DNA of 64,000 bases, taken from the NCBI GenBank assembly GCA_038148515.1, contig JAYQVP010000002.1:92102-156101 (forward strand), given 5' to 3'. Of this stretch, positions 40,560 to 51,557 are shown piece after piece (position 1 is the first letter of the stretch; each line of letters starts with the position of its first letter). Position numbers and translations under genes: made by a program. The stretch comes from Poseidonia sp. (GTDB lineage: Archaea; Thermoplasmatota; Poseidoniia; Poseidoniales; Poseidoniaceae). Below the pieces are notes generated by a model, which saw nothing but the letters and a program-made list of their open reading frames with translations, ran no database searches and had not been told where the DNA came from.

Positions 40560-41939
40560 TCAAGCTCGGTTGTCAGGGTGGTACTTCTCAATCCACTTTT
40601 GGTCAAGTCGAACAAGGTACTTCGTATCAATGGACGACATCAAATCCCAACACAGGTCCAAGGTTTCGTCGATGGAACGGTCTTCATCACGAGATTGGCG
40701 AAGGAACTTGTCTTCAAACACACCGGAGAAGTCCAAAAGTTGCTTGTCACGCTCGTTGAGGGCATCCTCACCAACGATAGCGACCAAACCTCGCAACTCG
40801 CGGCCTTGGGCATATGCAGCATACATCTGGTCCGACACGGACTTGTGGTCTTCACGGGTGGTTTTGGCACCGATACAGGACCCCATCAGCCGGGACAACG
40901 ATGGCAACACGTTGATGGGAGGATAGATGCCCTGCTGATGCAACTCACGGCTGATCACAATTTGACCTTCGGTGATGTAACCAGACAGGTCGGGAATCGG
41001 GTGCGTGATATCGTCACCGGGCATGGTGAGAATCGGGAATTGGGTGATGGAACCCTTCTTGCCCTTCACAATGCCTGCACGCTCGTAGAGCATGGCCAAG
41101 TCGGTGTACATGTAACCGGGGTAGCCACGACGACCGGGAACTTCTTCACGTGCTGCGCCGATTTGACGAAGAGCATCGCAATAGTTGGTCATGTCGGTGT
41201 AAATAACGAGCACGTGGTAGTCTTTCTCAAACGCCAAGTATTCGGCGGCCGTCAAGGCGAGACGTGGGGTAATAATTCGCTCGACTGCAGGGTCGTCGGC
41301 CAGGTTAACGAACAACACAGCGTTTTCCAGAGCACCGGTTCGCTCTAAATCGGAACGGAAGAAATTGTATTCTTCAGCCGTGATACCCATCGCACAGAAC
41401 ACCACGATGAATTCTTCATCGGAATCCTTCAACTTGGCTTGGCGAGCGATTTGCAAAGCAATGTCGTTGTGGGGCAAACCAGAAGCCGAGAAGATCGGCA
41501 ACTTTTGTCCACGAACCAACGTCGTACAGCAGTCAATAGCAGAGATACCCGTCTGAATAAAGTCGTGAGGGGATTGTCGGCTGTAGGGGTTGATGGCTGC
41601 ACCGATGATGTCGGCCTTCTCATCGGCGACGATTTCAGGTCCGCCGTCACGGGGTCGTCCAGCACCGTCAAGGATACGGCCAACCAAGTCCGTGCTCACA
41701 GGGAGCTTGAACACATCTCCCATGAAGGTCACACCGGCTTGGCGGTCGATCTTAGCCGTTCCTTCGAACACTTGAACGATGACGAGGTCATCAGAGGTGT
41801 CGAGAACTTGACCGTTTTTGATGTCGCCGTTGGACAAACGGAGGGTCACGATTTCACCAAACGCAACGGGCTCGGTTTTGTTCAAAAAGACCAGAGGGCC
41901 TTTCACGTCGGTAATGGTTCGGTATTCTTTTCCACTCAT
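40560..41939 (-). CDS. atpB: A-type ATP synthase subunit B
   Basis: [32 protein letters not shown]. Confidence 0.97.
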   Translation of the reverse strand: MSGKEYRTITDVKGPLVFLNKTEPVAFGEIVTLRLSNGDIKNGQVLDTSDDLVIVQVFEGTAKIDRQAGVTFMGDVFKLPVSTDLVGRILDGAGRPRDGGPEIVADEKADIIGAAINPYSRQSPHDFIQTGISAIDCCTTLVRGQKLPIFSASGLPHNDIALQIARQAKLKDSDEEFIVVFCAMGITAEEYNFFRSDLERTGALENAVLFVNLADDPAVERIITPRLALTAAEYLAFEKDYHVLVIYTDMTNYCDALRQIGAAREEVPGRRGYPGYMYTDLAMLYERAGIVKGKKGSITQFPILTMPGDDITHPIPDLSGYITEGQIVISRELHQQGIYPPINVLPSLSRLMGSCIGAKTTREDHKSVSDQMYAAYAQGRELRGLVAIVGEDALNERDKQLLDFSGVFEDKFLRQSRDEDRSIDETLDLCWDLMSSIDTKYLVRLDQKWIEKYHPDNRA

Positions 41940-41952
41940 CTTCATCCTCTCC

Positions 41953-43692
41953 TCAGTTGGCCTCCACGGCGTTGGCGATTTGTTCGTTCATTTCCTTGAC
42001 CATGGCCTCGATACGCTCGATGTAGCCTTGTTCGAAGCGGCCACGCATGAGGTCGGACCGTGCGGGAACGTTGACCACATCGTTGAGCAAAGCTCCGTCT
42101 GCCATGGCGCTCTTTGCGGCGTCTTGGAACGACAGGATGGCTTTGGCCATTTGGTACTGAAGGTGAATATCGCAGTAGGCGTCGACGTCGTGGAATCCGT
42201 TTTGTTGAAGGAAGAATTCACGAATCATACGAGCGACTTCGAGGGTGAGTTGTTGGTCGGTGGGCAGGGCGTCGGAACCGACGAGTTGCACGATTTCTTG
42301 AAGTTCGGCCTCGACTTGCAGCAAACCGCTGATTTGAGTTCGAATTTCAGGGAAGTCCTGAGCGATGTTATCACGGAACCACTGGTCCAAACTTTGCGGG
42401 TACAGCGAGTACGAGTTGAGCCAGTTGATGGCGGGGAAGTGGCGTTGACGAGCCAATCCTGCGTCCAATCCCCAGAACACCTTGACGATTCGCAGCGTTC
42501 CTTGGGAAACAGGCTCAGAGATGTCACCACCAGGAGGCGAAACGGCACCGATAACAGTCACAGAGCCGTCGTCGCCGTTGAGGGTTTCAACACGTCCGGC
42601 ACGCTCGTAGAACTCGGCAATGCGGGAGGAGAGGTACGCAGGGTAACCCTCCTCACCAGGCATCTCTTCAAGGCGAGATGAGATTTCACGCATGGCTTCA
42701 GCCCAGCGAGAGGTTGAGTCTGCCATCAAGGCCACGTCGTACCCCATGTCACGGAAGTACTCGGCGATGGTGATACCGGTGTACACTGATGCTTCACGAG
42801 CAGCGACCGGCATGTTGGAGGTGTTGGCGATCATGACCGTTCGGTTCATCAGCGGTTTGCCGGTGTTCGGGTCGATCAGGTGAGGGAACTCATCCAACAC
42901 TTCGGTCATCTCGTTGCCGCGCTCGCCGCAGCCGATGTAGACCACAAGTTGAGCGTCGGAATACTTCGCGAGGGATTGCTGGGTGACGGTCTTGCCCGAG
43001 CCGAACGGCCCGGGAATTCCAGCAGCTCCGCCCTTTGCCAAGGGGAACAAGAAATCGAGGATACGCATCCCAGTCACGAGAGGCGTGTCGGGTGCGTATT
43101 TTTGCGTGTAAGGCCGAGGGCTTCGAACCGGCCACTTCTGCATCATTTGGAGTTCCGAACCGTCTTCGAGAACACACACCGTTTGCGTGACGTTGAAGTC
43201 GCCGGATTCAATGCTCTTGACCTTTCCAGCCTTGCCGGGAGGAACCATAATTTTGTGGACGATGGTTTCGGTCTCTTGGACGTGACCGATCACTTGTCCA
43301 CCCACGACTTCATCGCCCTTGGCGACCTGTGGCTCGAAGGTCCAGAGCTTTTCCATGTCAAATGCATCGGCATCCACACCACGGGTGATGAACACACCCA
43401 TGACCTCCTCAAGGGAAGCGAGTGGGCGCTGAATACCGTCGTAAATTTGGGTGAGCAGGCCCGGGCCGAGGGACACCGAAAGGGTCTCTTCCGTGTTGAG
43501 CACAGGCTCGCCGGGGCGAATACCTGAGGTGTCTTCGTACACTTGAATCACGGCTTTGTCGCCGTGCAGTTCAATCACTTCACCCATCAAACCTTCATGG
43601 CCGACGCGAACCACGTCGTACATGGCGGCGTTCATGCCTGTGGCGGTTACGACGGGTCCCGAAATTCGGTAAATCACTCCTTCATTGCTCAT
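41953..43692 (-). CDS. atpA: A-type ATP synthase subunit A
   Basis: [29 protein letters not shown]; 579 aa, no intein. Confidence 0.97.
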   Translation of the reverse strand: MSNEGVIYRISGPVVTATGMNAAMYDVVRVGHEGLMGEVIELHGDKAVIQVYEDTSGIRPGEPVLNTEETLSVSLGPGLLTQIYDGIQRPLASLEEVMGVFITRGVDADAFDMEKLWTFEPQVAKGDEVVGGQVIGHVQETETIVHKIMVPPGKAGKVKSIESGDFNVTQTVCVLEDGSELQMMQKWPVRSPRPYTQKYAPDTPLVTGMRILDFLFPLAKGGAAGIPGPFGSGKTVTQQSLAKYSDAQLVVYIGCGERGNEMTEVLDEFPHLIDPNTGKPLMNRTVMIANTSNMPVAAREASVYTGITIAEYFRDMGYDVALMADSTSRWAEAMREISSRLEEMPGEEGYPAYLSSRIAEFYERAGRVETLNGDDGSVTVIGAVSPPGGDISEPVSQGTLRIVKVFWGLDAGLARQRHFPAINWLNSYSLYPQSLDQWFRDNIAQDFPEIRTQISGLLQVEAELQEIVQLVGSDALPTDQQLTLEVARMIREFFLQQNGFHDVDAYCDIHLQYQMAKAILSFQDAAKSAMADGALLNDVVNVPARSDLMRGRFEQGYIERIEAMVKEMNEQIANAVEAN

Positions 43693-43719
43693 TTTTCTTC
43701 CTCCAGTTTGGTTGGAACA

Positions 43720-44019
43720 TCATTTCCATAGATCGACTCCTATTGCCTTGCGGATGGTGTCCCGCAAGGTGGTGTCTTCCTCCGTACCGATGCCGAGCAC
43801 GGTCGGGGAGACAGATGCCGACAGTTGATCCCTCAACCGGTCTGGCAACGTTCGCATCACGGCGGAGTCGACCACCATGATACCAACGGTTTTGTCAGCG
43901 AGCAAGTCACGAAGCGTTGCATGCAACGCTTCATCATCGCTTGGATTGTAAAGGTTGGACAGGCCAGCGAGTTGGAAGCCCAGGGTGAACGCAGGAGAAC
44001 CAATGACTGCGATTTCCAT
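43720..44019 (-). CDS. atpF: A-type ATP synthase subunit F
   Basis: IAVIG...GFQLAG, KAIGVDL; operon position. Confidence 0.92.
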   Translation of the reverse strand: MEIAVIGSPAFTLGFQLAGLSNLYNPSDDEALHATLRDLLADKTVGIMVVDSAVMRTLPDRLRDQLSASVSPTVLGIGTEEDTTLRDTIRKAIGVDLWK

Positions 44020-44028
44020 GATATCACC

Positions 44029-45069
44029 TCAAAGAACGTGCTCCTCAAGCACTTCAGCGGACAGACCAGCAAGACGGCCGCGAACGATCAGGCGCAAATC
44101 CATGACCTCTTGGACTTTCATGGCGATGTAGTGGACGATGGGCAACGCTGACACGGGATGGAGGTAGCTCATCCGCTGCATCATGTTGTACTCACGCTTC
44201 TTCATCCAGGTCACGACGGGGTCAAGGCTTCGTCGTTGTTCGGCTTCCGCCACGATGTCTTCGAAAGCTGCCATGTCAAATTGGTCGCCAGCACGCAGTA
44301 AATCCATCATGGCGTCACGCCCTCCGTTGGCAATGGCCGTGAAGGACCGCTTCGGGATGAGACGCCCCCCGGGGATCAACAGCGAGACCAAACGCTCGTT
44401 AGCGATGCCAACGGCGCTCGCTTCGAGGATGTTCACGATGTTTTTATGATCGATTTCCGAAGCCAACAATCGAGACAGGAAGCGGGCAGGTGCGCCCTTG
44501 GATGCAACCAAGGCCTTTTGCGCTGCAGCGTAATAATGACGGTCGAGCGCGTCCTCATAATCCGAGAGTTTGGCATCTTCTGGCAGACGGGCGAGCGAGG
44601 ATCCGAACGACTTCCGTCGCATCAAGACAGCAGCGGATTTCATGTCGTCGGAACTCTCGACCACCTTGAGCCACGGCGTGTTCACCTCGTTGAGCTCGGG
44701 CAAGATGCTGTTGCCAACCTCGTCCACCGAAACTTCGTTGTGAATGGCCCTGAATACGGCTTTGGCGTTCTGGTATTCGAAGCGAGAGGTGTAGATCTCA
44801 ATCAATGGACGAATGGTGGCGTTGGCCATGTTGACAATTTCCGTCAATTCTCGTTCAAGGTTGTGTGTCAAGGCTGCTTCAACCAAATCCCCGCCAGACA
44901 ATTTGCCTGCATAGAGGTCGATCTCGTTACGGTATCCGATGTCACCGACAGCTACGGTGAGTTGGTCTACCGATTGGTTGATGAGTTGACGCAAGCGAGC
45001 TCGGTCCGCCAATTGCTGTCGCCGTGCTTTGGCACGAGAAACAACGTAGGGGGTGTTACCGAGCATCAT
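44029..45069 (-). CDS. atpC: A-type ATP synthase subunit C
   Basis: YVVSRAKAR, EIDHKN, EVMDLRLIVRG; operon position. Confidence 0.88.
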   Translation of the reverse strand: MMLGNTPYVVSRAKARRQQLADRARLRQLINQSVDQLTVAVGDIGYRNEIDLYAGKLSGGDLVEAALTHNLERELTEIVNMANATIRPLIEIYTSRFEYQNAKAVFRAIHNEVSVDEVGNSILPELNEVNTPWLKVVESSDDMKSAAVLMRRKSFGSSLARLPEDAKLSDYEDALDRHYYAAAQKALVASKGAPARFLSRLLASEIDHKNIVNILEASAVGIANERLVSLLIPGGRLIPKRSFTAIANGGRDAMMDLLRAGDQFDMAAFEDIVAEAEQRRSLDPVVTWMKKREYNMMQRMSYLHPVSALPIVHYIAMKVQEVMDLRLIVRGRLAGLSAEVLEEHVL

Positions 45070-45085
45070 GTGTTCACCTCGTTCA

Positions 45086-45649
45086 TCATCCAAACAGCGT
45101 ATCGTTCACAGCGGAGAGTTGGTTGGACCAGGCGCGCTCAAGCATTGTGTCAAAGCGCATGTCGTACGACACAGAGCCGTCCTCGGCTTCGAGAATGAAG
45201 CCACCAAGACCGTCGATGCTTTCACCGATTTTGTGGTCGCCAGCGTCCTTGGAGATGGCGGCTCGGTCAACTTCGACAGGTCGAATCACAAAGGCCCCCT
45301 TACCGACTTTCTTGGTTTCGGCAAGCAGGGACTTCAGCAACGCGGCTCGGCCTTTCATGCCGGGGTCGGCGATGTGGGTTCGTGCGGCAGCCAGCGTGGC
45401 ATCAAGCGCCTTGCGGCGAGCGATGAGCACATCCTTCTGATTGGACTGACGAGCGCTGGCCACAGTCTCCCGGGCAATCTGTTCAGCCTCTTTTTCAGCA
45501 CGCTGCTGAGCATCTTGACTGATCGATGCCGCTTTTTCTTCGGCTTCGGCCATGAGCTTCTTGGCTTCGGCCTTGGCCTCAGCAATGAGTGCTTTGGCTT
45601 CAGTTTCGGCGGCTGCGGCAATATCGTTGGCGAGTGTTTCTAAGGTCAT
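45086..45649 (-). CDS. atpE: A-type ATP synthase subunit E
   Basis: Coiled coil plus LGGFILEAEDG; operon position. Confidence 0.88.
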   Translation of the reverse strand: MTLETLANDIAAAAETEAKALIAEAKAEAKKLMAEAEEKAASISQDAQQRAEKEAEQIARETVASARQSNQKDVLIARRKALDATLAAARTHIADPGMKGRAALLKSLLAETKKVGKGAFVIRPVEVDRAAISKDAGDHKIGESIDGLGGFILEAEDGSVSYDMRFDTMLERAWSNQLSAVNDTLFG

Positions 45650-45713
45650 CCTATCGTCTCCTGTGTTCGTGGTTCAACCGGGCAGAGCCCGTGGTCCAGT
45701 TCGATCTGCTTCC

Positions 45714-46028
45714 TCAACCGAGGAAGAGAGGAAGAGCACCGAGAATCACGATGGATTCTGGAAGAGCGGTGAAGATGAGAGCGACACCGAACTTGCTGCC
45801 GTCTTCGGCGAGCATGCCGACAGCAGCGCTGCCAATGGCGGCTTGGGAGAAACCTGCGCCGATGGCAGCAAGGCCAAGGGCAAGTCCGACACCAACGTCG
45901 CCGGTCATTCCATCAGTTGCAGTCGTGTCCGTCGTGGTTTCTGCTGCAGCGACGCCTTGGGCGACCAAGGCGAGCGTCAGCAGGACGATCATCGTGCGTA
46001 GGCTCATTTTTAGGGTATTCTTGTTCAT
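45714..46028 (-). CDS. atpK: A-type ATP synthase proteolipid subunit c (K)
   Basis: GLAAIGAGFSQAAIG...LPESIVI; N-terminal signal-like helix. Confidence 0.92.
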   Translation of the reverse strand: MNKNTLKMSLRTMIVLLTLALVAQGVAAAETTTDTTATDGMTGDVGVGLALGLAAIGAGFSQAAIGSAAVGMLAEDGSKFGVALIFTALPESIVILGALPLFLG

Positions 46029-46058
46029 ATTTCTACCTCCTTTTGTTGTCCATGGGGA

Positions 46059-48101
46059 CTATGATTGCCCCTCCGTGTGGAGGGTGCGACCACCGAGCGG
46101 GGTAAAAACCCGACCGGAGCCGTCGTAGAACTTGCCCATCCATTCCACAAAGTGGAGACGGGCTGCGTGGATGCTCGGCGAGAGCAAACCAAGAGCGAGA
46201 GCGAATGCTTGAATGAAGACGAAGAGGACAAATCCAAGGACGATGGATACGACGCCGCCGCCCGAGAGCATGAGGTCCCATCCCATCGAGATTGAGACCT
46301 CAGCGATTTTAACGCCGGCTACACCAACGCCCATGACCCGAAGGTAGGACAGCGTGTTGGCAAGAAGGCCGAAGGTTTCAATCGGCCCCATGATCAGGCC
46401 GCCAGCCCATCCGAATTTCTCAAACACGGCCAAACCAATGATGAGGCAGCCGACACCGATGAGTGTGGCGATGGCATAGGGTGTGGCGTCAAAGACACCC
46501 TGGTCAGAGGTCAGGAAGCCGTAGATGTGGAGGGTACCGGCAGTGAGGATGATCATCCAACTGCCTTTCTCGAAGAAGGCAGCCACCAATCCGTGAGCCC
46601 GTGCGACGTTGATGAAGCCGAGAATAAAACCGAACATCAGGTGGGCAACCCCGAGGTACACCGAGAGGAGTACATACTCATTGAGCGAACTCGTGGCGCG
46701 ATGGAAGGGGATGTGAGTGTAACTCATGTTCAGCGTTTTCGTAACAAAAGCGGGGAAGTGGATGTTTTCATAGGTCCAAGCATAAAGGCCGGCAAGAGGA
46801 GAGCTGTCGCCCATCTGTCCGGTGTTGTCCCAGACAAAGCCAAATCCTTCAGCGAACAAGAAGCCCCAGATCATGCACCAAACGCCCATCCATTTGAGAA
46901 TGGTGATGCCGTTCTTGGCCACGGGATCGGCGGCAAAGGGTTGGGTCCCAAGCCAAAGGCCGAGCAGGAAGATGATAAATCCATAACCAAAATCGCCGAG
47001 GATGAGTCCGTAAATCATCGGGAACGTGAGCATCAAGAAGAATGTCGGGTCGAACGTTCCGTAGGTCGGCCGCCCCACCAAGCCAACCATCAGTTCGAAC
47101 GGTCGCGAAACACGGTCGTTTTCCAGAGCGACGGGCGGTGTTGGTTCGTGGTGGTGGTCGTCGTGGTCACCGTGATGGTGGTGGTCGTCAACGAACGGTA
47201 CAACTTCCACATGAGACGCCACGTCGTCGAGGGCTGCTTTCACGGCGGATTCCTTGGACTGGGGAATCCAAGCGTCCAATGCGAATGCTTGCCCGGTCAC
47301 GGCAAGATGCGTGGGTGCAGTGTAAATCTCGTCCTCCTTTGCGAGGTATTCATGGAGCGCGAGAAGTTGTCGGCCGTTGTTCCTGCCCCAGCGTTGTGCT
47401 TCTTCGGTTGCAGAGAACATGGCGCCTTCAACGTCTTTCTTCTTGGCCACGAGTCCTTTGAGGGCGGCGGAAGCGGAGCCTTCGAGATGTGGAATCTGAA
47501 CGGGTTTACCTCCAAGTTCGCTCATGGCCATCTGTACTTCAGCGCTGTCTTCTGGCAAGCATGCCACGGCTACGAGGCCGGGAGCGGACACGAGTTGGAC
47601 CTTGTCAGAGAGGGTTCCGAAAACGCTCCTGGCTTTGCTGGCTTTCTTGGTTTCAGCGACATGGACTTCCACACGGTCTGAACCGGCGAGGAGATCGAGG
47701 TCCATATTCAGAGGAGCGAGTTTCTCGAGGAGGTGAATCTGTTCTTGAATCGCTTCCAACTCGCCTTCGGCGTCTCGTTGTGTGTCGAGCAGAGCAAGGC
47801 CTCGTTGCAAATCTTCTGCAAACGAAGAATCAAGCAAATCCTTCACCTTTGACACGGGCATGGGCCCATCGGTGTTGACCGGTTTGAAGGCAGAGATCGC
47901 GGCTCGCACTCGAGCGAGAAGGGCGCTGACGTTGCTGGCTTCCTCACTTGGATCAGCCTGGCCTACATGTACGCCATCCTCGAAATTGGCGTAGGTCTCA
48001 ATGTGAACGCAGCCCAAGTTTGTGCATGTTCGAAGGACTTCGTTCATTTTGTCTACGGGGGCCGCCACAGTCAGACGGGACATGGCCACCGTGTCAAACA
48101 T
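46059..48101 (-). CDS. atpI: A-type ATP synthase subunit a (I)
   Basis: GDFGYG, LSYLRV, IHAARLHFVEW..KFY. Confidence 0.95.
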   Translation of the reverse strand: MFDTVAMSRLTVAAPVDKMNEVLRTCTNLGCVHIETYANFEDGVHVGQADPSEEASNVSALLARVRAAISAFKPVNTDGPMPVSKVKDLLDSSFAEDLQRGLALLDTQRDAEGELEAIQEQIHLLEKLAPLNMDLDLLAGSDRVEVHVAETKKASKARSVFGTLSDKVQLVSAPGLVAVACLPEDSAEVQMAMSELGGKPVQIPHLEGSASAALKGLVAKKKDVEGAMFSATEEAQRWGRNNGRQLLALHEYLAKEDEIYTAPTHLAVTGQAFALDAWIPQSKESAVKAALDDVASHVEVVPFVDDHHHHGDHDDHHHEPTPPVALENDRVSRPFELMVGLVGRPTYGTFDPTFFLMLTFPMIYGLILGDFGYGFIIFLLGLWLGTQPFAADPVAKNGITILKWMGVWCMIWGFLFAEGFGFVWDNTGQMGDSSPLAGLYAWTYENIHFPAFVTKTLNMSYTHIPFHRATSSLNEYVLLSVYLGVAHLMFGFILGFINVARAHGLVAAFFEKGSWMIILTAGTLHIYGFLTSDQGVFDATPYAIATLIGVGCLIIGLAVFEKFGWAGGLIMGPIETFGLLANTLSYLRVMGVGVAGVKIAEVSISMGWDLMLSGGGVVSIVLGFVLFVFIQAFALALGLLSPSIHAARLHFVEWMGKFYDGSGRVFTPLGGRTLHTEGQS

Positions 48102-48110
48102 GAAATCGCC

Positions 48111-48428
48111 TCACTCAACGGAAAGTGCGTCAACGATCAGTTGGACGGCTTTGGATTGATTGGATTCGGAAGCCGATTGAATGGCTTCGATGTCTTTGGA
48201 CCCGTCAGCCTTGACGGTGTCAGCCACGCCTTGGGCTTTGCTTCGAGCATCGTCGAGGGCTTTTTGGGTTGATACGACCGATGCGTCGGCAGCCTGTTGA
48301 ACCGCTTCAGAGGCTTTACGACGGGCATCCTGAACGATTTTGGTCGCCTCGTCTTGGGCCTCACTCAAACGCTTTTCAGCGTCTTGTTCAGCGCTTTTGA
48401 TGCTGCGAAGAACGTCGGACATACCCAT
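48111..48428 (-). CDS. atpH: A-type ATP synthase subunit H
   Basis: Short coiled coil IKSAEQDA; first gene of the operon. Confidence 0.85.
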   Translation of the reverse strand: MGMSDVLRSIKSAEQDAEKRLSEAQDEATKIVQDARRKASEAVQQAADASVVSTQKALDDARSKAQGVADTVKADGSKDIEAIQSASESNQSKAVQLIVDALSVE

Positions 48429-48496
48429 GCAGGACACCTCTTGCCAAAATCCAACGAGAGGGGGTTTATCAGTGTATGGTCATGCCCGTGATGGCC

Positions 48497-49243
48497 TCAT
48501 TTTTGGGGCTTAGTTCCACGAAAACGGCTTGCCATACCAAACGGATAGAGCAGGCGACCTTGAACGTGCTCGTATCCCACTTCACGCATCATTCGTCGGT
48601 AATAGCCGTTGGTACCGTAATGGGTGTAACTCTTCGCGAGTCCTTTCCATGGATGATTTTTTTCGCCCGTAATCAGCCGAGCCATGATCTGGACCACGGA
48701 ATTCATCCAAAGATACCCGAACCAACCGTGAAGTTTGTTCGCTTTCCCAGCATCGCACATGACCAAACGCCCGCCCGGTTTGAGCACGCGATAGATCTCT
48801 TCGAGCCCCTTGCGCTTGTCTTTGAAATCACGAAACGAAAACAAGCAAAACACCATGTCGAAGGTGTCGTCGGGCAACGGGATGTCTTCGGCCACTGCCT
48901 CCACATAGACGGCGGGAGTCTCGCCGCGATTGGCCCGTGCGCTGTCGACGCGGGGCTGAGCCGCTGCGAGCATGTCCGAAGAAGGGTCGAGACAGGTCAC
49001 ATCAAGGCCGACCAAGTCTTCAGCAAACGAGCCTGGGCCGCAGCCGACTTCAAGGACCCTCATGCCCGGAGTAGCATGGTTTCGGACGTTACGCCGCCAA
49101 CGACGGTCCTGGCCGAAGGTCATCCACGTATTGACACGGTCGTAGTTGGGAATCGTCGCCTCGAGCTGACCCTCAAGCTCGTCCCATGCCTCTGCGTCAA
49201 TGCCCGACGGGTCGAACCCTCCGGTCGCCGAGCGCTTGCCCAT
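48497..49243 (-). CDS. UbiE/MenG family SAM-dependent methyltransferase
   Basis: YDRVN..MTFGQDRRWR, VLEVGCGPG, RVLKPGG. Confidence 0.85.
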   Translation of the reverse strand: MGKRSATGGFDPSGIDAEAWDELEGQLEATIPNYDRVNTWMTFGQDRRWRRNVRNHATPGMRVLEVGCGPGSFAEDLVGLDVTCLDPSSDMLAAAQPRVDSARANRGETPAVYVEAVAEDIPLPDDTFDMVFCLFSFRDFKDKRKGLEEIYRVLKPGGRLVMCDAGKANKLHGWFGYLWMNSVVQIMARLITGEKNHPWKGLAKSYTHYGTNGYYRRMMREVGYEHVQGRLLYPFGMASRFRGTKPQK

Positions 49244-49298
49244 ACTCCTTGGCGAACGCCCGACCGTTTTGGAGGTGTCGTTTTGCCCGTGTGGCGAT

Positions 49299-50102
49299 TC
49301 AAGCGATACGTTCCACGGTTTCTGGCGTGATACCCTCTTCAGGCGTCACCCGGAAGACGAGGATTTTCAGATTCTCTGGGGCGTTACGGAACTTGGACAC
49401 AATCATCGAATTTTCAAACTCCGTACCGATGGTTCGCACCTTGAACGAGAGAACCATGTCGGCGATGGAAGAAAGTTCCTGCTTGATTGAGGGCTCTAAC
49501 CCGTCGGTGGACACCGAAATCATCAGCAGACCGCGTACCATTTGAGCGTGTGCCTGAAGCATGCGAACCATGGATAGGACGCGAGAGGGGTCTTCTCGTT
49601 GAAGGAAGAAATCAAGGTTGTCAAGCACCGCTCGGAAGTAGGGGCCAAGCGCCATGATTTCGTTGGTCACCTCGGTCAGATAGTCTTGGTTGCTGTCATC
49701 AACGAACCGCGTTTGAGCCAGACGCTGAATATCGGCTAGTTGGAAGCCTTCGAGGCGATAGCGGCTGGCCAACAAATCACGCTCAAGGACATTTGCGTTG
49801 TATTCCTCACCGATGGTACGGACGTTGATGTCAAGAGGCCAGCCGTATTTTTGAAAAATGCGAACAATTTCTTGCTTGCCTTCATCGGTGGCGATGTACA
49901 GGGTGTTTTCTGGTTCCTCTGCGGGCGAAGTGAACTGCTTGGCAAACAATTCGCTTCCAGAACCGGTCTCGGTGAAGGCGATCATGGTGAACCCGCGCGG
50001 GACTCCTCCACGCATTTCATTGTCGAATTTTGGGACGCCGAAGGAGCCGACGCTGCCAAAGAATTCCTCGTCTTCAGGGTCAAAGGTTACTTCTCGTGCC
50101 AT
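49299..50102 (-). CDS. KaiC/RAD55-like protein with degenerate Walker A
   Basis: FGVPKFD...GGVPRG, TETGSGSE, ADMVL, SKFRN. Confidence 0.8.
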   Translation of the reverse strand: MAREVTFDPEDEEFFGSVGSFGVPKFDNEMRGGVPRGFTMIAFTETGSGSELFAKQFTSPAEEPENTLYIATDEGKQEIVRIFQKYGWPLDINVRTIGEEYNANVLERDLLASRYRLEGFQLADIQRLAQTRFVDDSNQDYLTEVTNEIMALGPYFRAVLDNLDFFLQREDPSRVLSMVRMLQAHAQMVRGLLMISVSTDGLEPSIKQELSSIADMVLSFKVRTIGTEFENSMIVSKFRNAPENLKILVFRVTPEEGITPETVERIA

Positions 50103-50113
50103 GCTTGTTCACC

Positions 50114-50698
50114 TCACATGAGGACGACTTGACCACGGTCGATCAAGTCCGTACAGTACGTGTCCAGGTTAGCCAACACCAACGGTGGTGTTTGGTCAGG
50201 AACATTCAGAATCACCGAGAGGACCTCTCGCTGACGGAAGGTATTGATGAACGTGTGAAGGTACTCTGCCAACATTCGGTCGTCGTTGTAAATAGCCAGA
50301 GCGTTCACGCTGTCGAGGAACACGAAATTTCGTTGATTGGTCACCGTTCGCAACGTGAACAAGGTTCGCAGCAAGATGCTCTCAAGCATGATGGGGCTGT
50401 CAACAAAACTGATGTTTGAGTATGGGACATCGGTACCACCCAAAACCCCAGAGGATACGAGGTCGAGGAAGTGGATGTTCGACACATCGATGCCGATGGA
50501 TTCGAAGGCTTGAATGATTTCAACAGCCCCCCTGCTGGCCGAAATATAGACGCCCCCCATCTCAAACATCTGCATCAAGGGGACCATCGTGCTAGCCGTG
50601 ACGGCGAACGAATTGGCTGCGCTCATTCGAACTTGGACGGAGCTGCTCAATGACACCTGCGTTAATTGCTCGGCGATACGTTGGTCGAGTTCAAACAT
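50114..50698 (-). CDS. Inactivated KaiC/RecA-fold protein
   Basis: GVYIS, IHFLD, VFLDSVNAL; no P-loop; lies between two KaiC-like genes. Confidence 0.65.
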   Translation of the reverse strand: MFELDQRIAEQLTQVSLSSSVQVRMSAANSFAVTASTMVPLMQMFEMGGVYISASRGAVEIIQAFESIGIDVSNIHFLDLVSSGVLGGTDVPYSNISFVDSPIMLESILLRTLFTLRTVTNQRNFVFLDSVNALAIYNDDRMLAEYLHTFINTFRQREVLSVILNVPDQTPPLVLANLDTYCTDLIDRGQVVLM

Positions 50699-50700
50699 CC

Positions 50701-51483
50701 TCAGTTCCCCCATCGCGATGTTTTATCCGCCGAGGCGCCCCACTTGAGCATTGGAATGAGCATCACACCCAGCGGCGTGAGCTCGATGGCGTGTTTGGCA
50801 CGGCTGTGCGATGTCCCTCGCATTTTCACCACTTGGAGGAAGCGAAGAAGGTGCCCCATTCGTTCGGAGTCGCCCATTACGATGATGCCGTCGGCAATGG
50901 CTTCTTCAACACCAAATGAGGACCAGTGAGCATTTTCGGTGGCAGAAGTGATCTCGGAAATCAGGATGGTGGTGCACCCAAGCGTGGCGAGTTTCTTGCC
51001 CAGTGTGAAGAGGAAGTCACGAATGAGTTGCTCGGACTTGATTTTGTAACACAGAGTGGTCACTGAATCGATGACCAGCCGCGTCACACCAATGGTGTTC
51101 ACGATGTCAACGATGGCTTTGATGAGCGCATGGACGTCGTCAAGGTCAAAGGAAGCCTTGTCCAATCCGAGCCACGAGTACAACACGTCCATGTCGAAGA
51201 CGTTGATAAGGCCGCTGTCGACCATGTTCATGTCGAAAAAGGCGTATTGGCGAATGTTTTCGAGAAGTTTCACCGAAGGTTCCGTCGCCGTAAAATGGGC
51301 ACAGGCTTCGCCGGCCAACGCACCTCGGACGAGGAACTCCATGGCCAGCGTGGTTTTGCCTGAACCGCAGGTGCCTGCAGCCAAGACAGTGGAGCCGTAA
51401 GGGATGCCACCACGAAGAATCTCATCCAAACCGTGGATGCCCGTTACGCATCGATCTCGGGTGTAGACACTGGCAGGTTGCAT
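50701..51483 (-). CDS. KaiC-like single-domain ATPase
   Basis: TGIHGLDEILRGG, GTCGSGKT, LVIDS, ADGII, VKMRG. Confidence 0.9.
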   Translation of the reverse strand: MQPASVYTRDRCVTGIHGLDEILRGGIPYGSTVLAAGTCGSGKTTLAMEFLVRGALAGEACAHFTATEPSVKLLENIRQYAFFDMNMVDSGLINVFDMDVLYSWLGLDKASFDLDDVHALIKAIVDIVNTIGVTRLVIDSVTTLCYKIKSEQLIRDFLFTLGKKLATLGCTTILISEITSATENAHWSSFGVEEAIADGIIVMGDSERMGHLLRFLQVVKMRGTSHSRAKHAIELTPLGVMLIPMLKWGASADKTSRWGN

Positions 51484-51557
51484 AGGACCGTTCCGAAGGG
51501 GAGAGCGCTCCTTGATGAAGTGTTTGCATCCATCGGGTGAAGATGGACCTGTTGCGA

